A stretch of 63,426 nucleotides of DNA, counting the filler, from Saprolegnia diclina VS20 (Eukaryota): assembly GCF_000281045.1 (NCBI RefSeq). It is 8 parts of 7 records of this genome, joined end to end, with 100 filler letters (N's around TTAATTAATTAA, not from the genome) between each part and the next. Parts side by side here need not be neighbours in the genome. Positions count along the whole stretch, not along the records: positions 1 to 25,965 come from NW_008246221.1; positions 26,066 to 37,100 come from NW_008246222.1; 6 more parts are not named here. The stretch is one strand, 5' to 3'. A program made the position numbers and the translations under genes. This document shows, piece after piece, positions 23,686 through 32,661 of this stretch; within the stretch, counting starts at the first letter, position 1; each line of letters begins with the position of its first letter. The notes below the pieces were generated by a model, which was given only the letters and a program-made list of their open reading frames with translations, was not told the DNA's origin and ran no database searches.

Positions 23686-24790
23686 AGCATTTGGATAACC
23701 TTTTGTACAAAATGATGGTTTTACAAAATGATGGTTTTTTTATGTTTCATCGCGACGCTTCTCGCACCCAAACGTGCCACGTCATAGTGTAATCTGAGTG
23801 TACTTCAACCGACCAGCAACCACATTCACTTCGTGAAGTACGTCCAACCAAAGATAATAAACCAAGGGAAAGATACTTGTACTAATTTATTTTCCTAGAT
23901 CCGACACAAGCAAACGCGTGTCAGCAAGGCATCATGCTGCCAGTAGCACCATCCCCGATGCTGTGAGTGATGGCTTGTGGACCCCTTTTGTTCCGAGTGC
24001 GTCATTTTGATCCCACTTGATCAAATTCCCCATNNNNNNNNNNNNNNNNNNNNNNNNNNNNNNNNNNNNNNNNNNNNNNNNNNNNNNNNNNNNNNNNNNN
24101 NNNNNNNNNNNNNNNNNNNNNNNNNNNNNNNNNNNNNNNNNNNNNNNNNNNNNNNNNNNNNNNNNNNNNNNNNNNNNNNNNNNNNNNNNNNNNNNNNNNN
24201 NNNNNNNNNNNNNNNNNNNNNNNNNNNNNNNNNNNNNNNNNNNNNNNNNNNNNNNNNNNNNNNNNNNNNNNNNNNNNNNNNNNNNNNNNNNNNNNNNNNN
24301 NNNNNNNNNNNNNNNNNNNNNNNNNNNNNNNNNNNNNNNNNNNNNNNNNNNNNNNNNNNNNNNNNNNNNNNNNNNNNNNNNNNNNNNNNNNNNNNNNNNN
24401 NNNNNNNNNNNNNNNNNNNNNNNNNNNNNNNNNNNNNNNNNNNNNNNNNNNNNNNNNNNNNNNNNNNNNNNNNNNNNNNNNNNNNNNNNNNNNNNNNNNN
24501 NNNNNNNNNNNNNNNNNNNNNNNNNNNNNNNNNNNNNNNNNNNNNNNNNNNNNNNNNNNNNNNNNNNNNNNNNNNNNNNNNNNNNNNNNNNNNNNNNNNN
24601 NNNNNNNNNNNNNNNNNNNNNNNNNNNNNNNNNNNNNNNNNNNNNNNNNNNNNNNNNNNNNNNNNNNNNNNNNNNNNNNNNNNNNNNNNNNNNNNNNNNN
24701 NNNNNNNNNNNNNNNNNNNNNNNNNNNNNNNNNNNNNNNNNNNNNNNNNNNNNNNNNNNNNNNNNNNNNNNNNNNNNNNNNNNNNNNNNN

Positions 24791-25155
24791 TTCAGTTTGC
24801 CTTTTCGCTACCACCAGCCACAATACGCGACGTTCCCGGCCGAGGACGCCGAGATCTCGGTCGCCGAGGCCTTTGACTCGGCCTACTGCAGCGTCATGGT
24901 CGACCACTACTGCGTGGCTGGCAGCCTCGGCGACGCCATTAGCATGTTCTCGCTCTCGTCGTCGCCCGTGCTCTCGTCCATTGTCTCGGCCTTCAACCTC
25001 AACGCCAACGACCAGATCGGCCTCAAGGGTGCGTGCCAGAACATCAATGCGACGGCATCGAGCGCGCTCGTCGGCCTCGACATGAAGAAGCTCCAGACGG
25101 TCTGCGCAGCGTGCCAGACGTCGACGCACATTGATTTCTCGGACCTCTATGGCTG
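24791..25155 (+). pseudogene. Internally deleted, truncated tetraspanin paralog
   Basis: First ~31 nt match the 5' leader of the 20894 gene (TTCAGTTTGCCTTTTCGCTACCACCAGCCAC), then jump straight to loop sequence FPAEDAE..AEAFD.AYC; no ATG; similarity stops after DFSDLY.W. Confidence 0.75.
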
Positions 25156-26009
25156 GTGGTGGTCGACTCAAAGCCAATTGAAAACTGAGCGAAAATGGAC
25201 GATGTAAGGTGCTGCTAGCATTTCGCGTGTCGACTTGCAGGGGTTGTGGACGACGTTGTGTGGGCGACGATTGTCTTGTGTGTAGTATCTGAACACACGT
25301 GCCCACAAAGCTGAGGATTTCTACTTGCTGAACCACACAGTCACACAATCAAGATCCGTCATCATCGCAAACTTCGATCGTATTCCATGAGCTGTTCCAT
25401 GGCGTCGTGTCTCGCGAAATGGCCGCGACAAGGCGCGGCAGAGCCGGCGACGCAGCCACAAGTCGCCGCGCGCGTCATGGGTCGGCTAGTTCGGTGGTGG
25501 CGCACGGGAAAGGGACTTGCAACCGCTGGTTTTATGTCCATGTCCATATCGACTGGCACCCTCGATGTGTAGATTCGAGGCAACGAGCAGCCACCTGTCG
25601 AGTGGGTGCAAGGGCCGTCGACGTGGGTGGATGGTTTCTCGAAGAACGTCATGACGGTGCATGTTTGTGTGCTGCCTTGCTTTGCTGCTGGGCCAGGCGG
25701 ACTTCGTTGGTGCAGCGAAGCCAGGATACTACCAAGAGCGCGGTGGTTCTATCTACCACATGACGTGCTCTCGTACTCGCACAATGCAAGCAAACAACAT
25801 CTGTTTGACGTTGTTGCTTGTGCGGCACACGCACCGCATATTGTGAGTCCCAGTGTGTCTATAGAAACGTAGTGCGCAACACCGTTTACGGGCTAAGCTC
25901 TTGGTGGTCGGCATCGTGTACAGCATTATCAAGCGACTTGAATGGTTTCAAGCCAGCTTCTTGCANNNNNNNNNNNNNNNNNNNNNNNNNNNNNNNNNNN
26001 NNNNNNNNN

Positions 26010-26022
26010 TTAATTAATTAAN
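26010..26022. other. Artificial contig linker TTAATTAATTAA within N-runs; also at about 37145, 53055, 56455, 58872, 60301 and 62160
   Basis: Identical 12-mer with stops in all six frames, always embedded in an N-run of about 100 nt. Confidence 0.95.
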
Positions 26023-26065
26023 NNNNNNNNNNNNNNNNNNNNNNNNNNNNNNNNNNNNNNNNNNN

Positions 26066-27491
26066 CAAAAGTTCGAGTAGCCACAAAAAGTCGCGAGCGA
26101 TCCTCGACGGAGGCGTTGGCGTGAAGTGTGCCAACCGGCAAGACATTGGCATTGGCGAGGCAAAAAGCCATCTTGACGTCGTGACCGAGTTGAAGGAGCT
26201 TTGGCTTGTCGATCCCGACATGAAGCGCTGTTTCGAACATCACGTCGTGCACGACGTGGTGTTCGCAAACGGACATCGTATCCGACAAGTACAACAGCAG
26301 CGTCGCTGTTAGAACGTGTCGGAGCGCGGTCGGGACATGGACGTAGTGCATGAAAAGCTCGTTGCTGAAACGTACAATATTGTCGTCGGAAACACCGCTG
26401 AGAGGCTCGGTGCTGGTCGACGGGCAGCGAGGCAGCATCGGCGGCGTATGGCGTTGGCTTGGGTTCGCCCAGCCAGCCAGTTGGCGAGCAATGCGAAGAT
26501 CGCCAGAGTGCGTCGCGCACATATACTCCATAATAGTCGCAAACGAGTCCATAGCCCAACTCCCACGGGCAGCGAGATCAGGGAGTTGGACGTCACCGCT
26601 CTTGCTCGCAGTCGTGGCCGCACCCCGACGCGGACTGAGCGACGAGAGGCCGGGTGTTAAAACGTCAGCGTGATCCTTGCCGCCAAGCCGCTTCAGCACC
26701 CGGTTGATGTGCGCCGAGTAATGGTTAGAACCATCGTTCTCATGGCCGAGTTGCGAGAAGATGTGGAAACTCGTGTCGTGTGGTCGCGATGCAAACTGGC
26801 ATGCAAGAGCGTGCAGAGGGTCGAGCGTCCACTGAAGGGCGGCATGGACGACGGAAATGGACTGGCACTCTGCCGTCTTTTGGCGATCGAGCGAGACGAC
26901 GAGGCAATCGTCGTTCCACAAAAGCTGGTCGTAGCGTAAACCTCCCATGTCGGAGCTGCGGCCAATTGCGCTCCATTGCATGGAGATCAGAGACCGGTCA
27001 CGTGAGCTGTTGACGAAGCCCGGCGCGTCGTTCTCCGACCAGAGCGTCAAGCATATATGGCTCAAGTCAGCAAGACTCATCGGAGGAGCCGAGTTTTTGA
27101 GCTTCGTGCCGGTGGCCAGGCTTGAAGCGTGATACGCCTTGTGGGTCAATAGACGCGCTTCCGTCGCCCAGGCATCGACGAGGAGGGTCGCCGAGGGGTG
27201 GATCGTTAGCGACTGGCGGCGAATCGAGCTCAAGTAGATCATGGAGGTGCCTCGGCTGACCTTTGCACCCGCGACGCTTTGCAGGTAGAGGGCGAACTTG
27301 GAATATATGTCGGGGGTCAGCGGTGTGTTGTCGATGGTCAGACAAGCACCAGGCTGGGCGCGCAGGTAAGCCACCGTGGGGTCCGCGAGCAAGAACGCAG
27401 CATACTTGTTGGCCACCGTTGCGTCTTGTCGGCGCGAGCTCGCGCCGTGCTTCGTGGCCATAATGCCACCGCTGCCATCTATGTCTTCCAT
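26066..27491 (-). CDS. Tyrosine recombinase of a Crypton-like DNA transposon; 3' end lost in the gap
   Basis: Box I RDRSLISMQWSAIGRSSD, RQKT (catalytic Lys region), box II GLSSLSPRRGAAT, ARGSW and MEY (Tyr nucleophile); intronless. Confidence 0.8.
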
Positions 27492-27543
27492 TTTCTCTAA
27501 TGACTGCAAAATCTCAAATGACTGCAAAACAATTTATCCAGCT

Positions 27544-27678
27544 AAGTAAAAGTTAGTTGCATCGATATCGATCCAAATGGATGTCAGTCGCCTCGATATC
27601 GATCCAAAGAAAAGTCTGTTGCATCGATATCGATCCAAGTAAAATGTACTTGCATCGATATCGATGCAACAGACTTTT
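27544..27678. repeat. Four 31-bp tandem units with palindromic core TCGATATCGA; units 3-4 form a 69-bp hairpin
   Basis: Cores start at 27562, 27593, 27624 and 27655; 27610-27634 is the exact reverse complement of 27654-27678. Confidence 0.95.
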
Positions 27679-27982
27679 ATTGGCAATATGGTCTGGGAAC
27701 GACCCAGCTACGCGATTTCACACCACGCCGCCTGCTTGAAGCTCCAGCGCGCGAGCCGGCTAGTGGGGAGGCCGTAGCTTGCGTGGTGTTGGAGAGGTTT
27801 TGACTGGGACGAGTCTGCGGCCCTCGCATACTGATTTCAGTGTAAAGTTGACTCTCAAACGACTCCTGGCTTTTTGATTTCTACTGGTAAAGTCTTGTAA
27901 GACTCGGGGCCATCATCCTTTCCCTGTACAAAAGCGAGATACCATTGCGAGCGAAGAAGCTCATATTTCGATCACGATTGAA

Positions 27983-29425
27983 ATGCAAGCACCTCGCTGG
28001 AACCCCTCCACGAACGCGGCCTCCAAGGCCAAGCCTGGACCGACCACGTCGGCCCGTACGACGCGCGCCGCCTCGACTGTTTGCACGCGCATGCATCGGG
28101 CGACGACAGCGCCGGAAGCGATGGCCGTTCCCGGACGCCACGCCCGTGAGCTCGCTGCCTTGCGCGCCGAGTACGAAGAACGCCTCGAGAGCCTCCGCAC
28201 CGACTGCCAGATGCAGTTGGCAGCGTTGGCCACGACCTTGCGCGCCGAGCACCAAGCCAACATTGCCGCTGTGACGACGACGCTGCAGCAAGAACACCAG
28301 GAAGCCTTGGCTGCCTCGGATGCCAAGCTGCGCCAAGAACACTCGATCAAAGAGTTGGCTCTGACCACCGAGCTTGCGACGCTGGCCGCGCAGCACGACG
28401 CCAACCTCGAGCGCGCTCGCATCCAGCACACTCGATCGGAGGGCCTGCAACGCGATCTCCACACGCTCGCCAAGCTCAACCACCGTCTCCAGACCACGAT
28501 GACGGCGGAGGCTGCCACGACACAAAAGATCGCTGATGAGGCGCATGTCGCAGAGCGTTACACCTCAGAGATCGAAGGGCAGCTGCACCAAGCGACGGCC
28601 GACCTCGCAGCGGCGACCGATGCCATCGCTGCGTTGACACGGGCGGCAACCACCAAGGACAACCTCGCCGCCTCGCTTCAAGCGACACTCGAGCTCACGA
28701 CCAGCAACCTCGCACACGCCGAGCACACGCTCGACCAGACCAAGCGCGACCTTGCAACGTCCAAGACGACCGAAGACGACAACGCGATCCGCCTTCGCGA
28801 TGCTACAAGCACCATTCAGAGCATGGGCGAGCGCATCCAGATGCTCCAAGCGGACTTGGACGGCCATGAGCAGCGGTCGTTCCGTGAAGCGTCGGCGAAG
28901 GACAACGCCTTGGTCTTGCATCAAGATTGCATCGATGAACTACTGGGTCAGCTTGCCGTGGCCAAGATGGCCGCTGGCAGCGCCCAGCTCCTTCACGAAG
29001 CGACGATTGAGACCAAGGACAAGACCATTCGCTGCCTTCACGTCGACCTTGACGACGGCGTCCAGCAAGCCAAGACGCTCCGTGATGTTGTCGACCAGCT
29101 CAAGGGCGACTTGATCGCAAAGCGCGAGCTTCTGGCGACGCGCGACGACCAAATTCGCAATATCCAAGCCCAGCTCGACGCCGCCAAGGCCCAGATGTCT
29201 ACAGCAACAACGACCGATCGCAGCGCCCAAGTCGTCTCAGCCGTGTCCATCAACCGGCTCGCCCAAGTGCTTCAACTCGCTCAAAGCAAGATCCAAGCCA
29301 CAAAAGCCGAGTGCCAAGCGCTCCTGGCGACAAACAACGCGATCGACGAAGACGCCTACGATGGACGCCACCACCACCCACGCATCTCGGTGCATCGAGT
29401 CAACAAGCCAACGCCGCGACGATAG
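27983..29425 (+). CDS. Intronless long coiled-coil protein of unknown function (multi-copy)
   Basis: 480-aa Ala/Leu/Gln/Thr-rich heptad ORF; its 3' end is duplicated at 52692-53010. Confidence 0.75.
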   Translation: MQAPRWNPSTNAASKAKPGPTTSARTTRAASTVCTRMHRATTAPEAMAVPGRHARELAALRAEYEERLESLRTDCQMQLAALATTLRAEHQANIAAVTTTLQQEHQEALAASDAKLRQEHSIKELALTTELATLAAQHDANLERARIQHTRSEGLQRDLHTLAKLNHRLQTTMTAEAATTQKIADEAHVAERYTSEIEGQLHQATADLAAATDAIAALTRAATTKDNLAASLQATLELTTSNLAHAEHTLDQTKRDLATSKTTEDDNAIRLRDATSTIQSMGERIQMLQADLDGHEQRSFREASAKDNALVLHQDCIDELLGQLAVAKMAAGSAQLLHEATIETKDKTIRCLHVDLDDGVQQAKTLRDVVDQLKGDLIAKRELLATRDDQIRNIQAQLDAAKAQMSTATTTDRSAQVVSAVSINRLAQVLQLAQSKIQATKAECQALLATNNAIDEDAYDGRHHHPRISVHRVNKPTPRR

Positions 29426-30115
29426 TAGCAAAGACCTAAGTAGAACAGTGACGTGATATCTAACAGCATATAATACGAAAAAATGAAACAAAAGCCTGCA
29501 CGCAGCATCGACCGGCCGGCCAGTGAGCCGCGCAAGCTGCTTCTCCGTTGCATGGTACCAGTTAGTTCCTGAATAGGCTGCTTGTCGTGACAGCTCGGGA
29601 AGCTGCATGTTATTTCCTGGAGTGGTTGGAGCCCCAGGGAATGGACGAGTCTGGCACGTATGTTGGGCCGTACCAAGTGCGACCTTCGTACATGTCGGCT
29701 CGGGCCTCGTGTGCTGCTTGGTCGCCGCCGGTACCATTGAGTGCGTCAGCAAAGTCAGCTCTAAACCGACCAAGCGTCCACCTACTAGTCACCAACATCA
29801 GTTGCTACATGAGCTCATCGACCCCGTTGACGCCACTTCTGGTCGTGGAAGCAGATCTGGTTGTGAAAAGCACGAAACTGATTATATTGTGCATCAAAAT
29901 CTAGTCCCTGCCTGGTCTATCGAGTCGGTGATGAGGGTGATCACCAAGTGTTGAATGGTAGAAGGCGGGCGGCGCCACGTCCGATTGGCCAGCGCGCAGT
30001 TGAAGTGGCGCAATAGAAAACGAATGGCCAATTCCGCATACAAACCATACGATATCGAGTGCGAATAAAATACTTGCTACCACACTCAAATCCGAGTATC
30101 CTTGGCACCAGCATC

Positions 30116-31277
30116 ATGCTCAAAACGCTCACAACGTGCCCGGGAATGTGGTGCATCGCCAGCGACGACGACAACAACCTCGCTGCGCTTAGCCGCTCGC
30201 AGCGTAGGATCCCTCGACCTCGACTGGCGTTAAGGCGGCATAGGCTACATCAACGGCGCCAAGCCCCGCCGCATCGTACTCGGCGCCATTGAGCAAGCGC
30301 CTCTGTGGGAAGACGACGACATTGCAGATGCGTGCTCGTCCTGCAACGTCGAGTTCGGCCTCTTCCACCGCAAGCACCATTGCCGCGCTTGCGGCGACGG
30401 TACGCTACTGCATATTCGGGAGGCGGAAGGCTCATGCATGCTCTAGTTGTCTGTGGCACCTGCGCGAGTGGGTTTGAGACGATCCGCAAGTTTGACATCA
30501 CGACGCCCGTGCGCATCTGCCACAGCTGCTTTGCGTCCGTCGTGCGCGAGAACGAGTTCTTTGAGCGCCACTTGCCGCTGCTCCGCGACGGCGACATGTT
30601 TACAAAATACGGTTTGCCGGACGCCACGACCAGCGACGTCTCATTGCCAAGTCTAGGCTTCCTCTTGGACCGCTGCGTCAAGCTCCGACTTGTCGACAAC
30701 AGCCTCCAGTACCAAACGGTGGACCTCAACTCGCAGCAGTACTCGGGTACTGTTTTTTCGAGCGGATCCTTGACGCTATCATGGCTTGTTGCATATGCAG
30801 GAGAGACCAAGATCATCTTGCTAGAAACAGTCGCAAGCGTCGAAGCCGCTGGCTCCGTGACCATGACCATCAAGACGCCGGCGCAAAACCACAAACTGGA
30901 TGCGCCGACGCAAGCCGCCCGCGATGCGTGGGTAAGCGCGATCCAAGCGGCGGTCGATCTTTTGCAGGTAGCATGGCAAGAGACGCATTCGAGTGGCTCA
31001 AGCGCATGCCTCTGTTAGTACCTTACCGCTACCGAGAACGCCAAGCAGGCCAAGAGCTTGGCGCAGGAGCACGCCGAGATGAACCGCGTCATCCAAGGGT
31101 ACGATGTTCACTCGCGTTTTGCGCGTCCATGTCCGCTGATGCTGACATGAATCCTGTAGCATGGAGTCGGTCGAGATGCGGCGTCTGGAAATGCAGCATC
31201 AGCGGCTGCAAAAGAACAGCTCGCGGCGCGACGAACTGCGGGCCAAGTACGGGCTCCCCGTGGCGACAGCGACTTGA
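30116..31277 (+). CDS. FYVE zinc finger plus PH-like domain protein, multi-exon
   Basis: WEDD..CSSCNVEFGLFHRKHHCRACGD/VVCGTC...VRICHSC; PH C-terminal helix ARDAWVSAIQ; intron 30204-30243 restores the frame; ends ELRAKYGLPVATAT*. Confidence 0.85.
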
Positions 31278-31328
31278 ATCATTAATGTATTGTGTGTTAA
31301 TATATATGGGTATCACGCGATAGGCTGT

Positions 31329-31535
31329 TTACAAGAAGCTGTAATACATGGGTAGGGTCGGTGCCGGGCCAAAGGCCGCGGCGAGGGCGGCGCAGTAGAG
31401 GCTATCTTCCGAGTCAGAGCACTCGTCGCGGGCCTCGGCCGCGTAGTAGTTCATGAGCGGCCCCGTAAAGCGCTCTTCGTTCTCCATCGTGATGGGCGCA
31501 AAGGCGGCCCCATACTCGATCGTCGTGTCGGCCAT
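31329..31535 (-). CDS. Small acidic hypothetical protein (68 aa)
   Basis: MADTTIEYGAAFAP...MYYSFL with strong GC3 codon bias. Confidence 0.5.
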   Translation of the reverse strand: MADTTIEYGAAFAPITMENEERFTGPLMNYYAAEARDECSDSEDSLYCAALAAAFGPAPTLPMYYSFL

Positions 31536-32661
31536 GCTGTCGGTAGAGAGACTGGTGTCGAAGCTGCAAGTTGAGATCTGACGCTTGATTTTCGATTTCA
31601 CATCAAAGCCACGCAAAGCCCAACTGCAACTTGCGTGGTTTTACGCACCTACCGCCATAAATCCAGTGCGCTTTCTGCGCCCCCTCCACGCGGCTTTATG
31701 CCCGAAAAAGGTGCTCGTTTATGTGATGCCGGCGCGTCGATCACACCATTCTCGGCAATTGCACCAATCCGAATCGCGTCCGACGCTTTCGTAATGGGTG
31801 CGTCCTTGAATTTCCGACATGAAATCGGGGCGGAAACAAGCAATTGGGTGCGCTTCTTCAAAGCGAAGTTCGAACCAAATATATCAAGAACATCGAAGCA
31901 CATATCGCCGCCACTGTGCACATCAAAAAGACACGTGAAAAATACGTGTGTAAAGTCGGTGTGGCGGTGTCGACGCTGTGAAAAACCCCGCCATCATGAC
32001 GCTACAGAACCGTCGACGTTGTGTGTCCGGCGTGGGGGCTTCCAAGGATGGATGCCAGTCGTATGTCTACCATCCCAAGGACGACCCAGGAACGCTGCAT
32101 AGCTTATGCACTCGCTCGGGGCGTTGGAAGCTGCGGTGGAAGCTTCGGGACCAGATCGAAAACCACGGCTACTCGAGATACCGTATACTACCGAGAAACA
32201 AGCACAGCAAGCGTTTCTTTACGCCGTCCCACCCTACTGCGCAATCTCATCCCCACGTTTTGCACGCCTTGAAAGCTACCGGACTGTCTTCTTCGCATTT
32301 GCTGTGTACCAGGCGTTCGTCTGTCCATGGCCCTTCCACTTGCATCTTCGTGAATGCGACCTCTGGTCTGCAGAGAATACGATCGATGTGAAAGCAATAC
32401 ACCCTTGCTGTCTGCATCTGCCCACCGCCTCCAGCAGCAGCAAAGCACAAAGCGCAAAGCACAAAGGGCAAGGCGTGCATTTCCCACATGGCCGCGTGTG
32501 AAAAACACATCGGCCTTCTCGTGGCCGTCGGCGGTTTTCCGGATACGCCGCGCTAGCCACTAGATTGGGGCGGAAGAGGTCGGCGCGTGTATCCGGATGC
32601 TCGCCAAATTTGGTCGCGGCCAGTCTCGAGTTGGAGTGACTACTAACTACTACGCAGCAGC

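Larger units (their letters stand above)
26066..27691 (-). mobile_element. Crypton-like (probably CryptonS) element, one end plus the YR gene
   Basis: Stand-alone YR ORF with no RT, followed by a structured palindromic array and TATGG at 27687-27691 as the candidate terminus. Confidence 0.65.

Noticed and set aside
23706..23739. 17-bp tandem duplication TACAAAATGATGGTTTT after the S28 peptidase stop (similar short doublets at 27499-27529 and 43258-43290)
   Set aside because: Two-copy slippage duplications with no further evidence of function.
27544..27667. CRISPR-like repeat-spacer array
   Set aside because: The variable parts are only ~13 bp and resemble each other, the context is eukaryotic and there are no cas genes. 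Reported instead as a YR-associated array.
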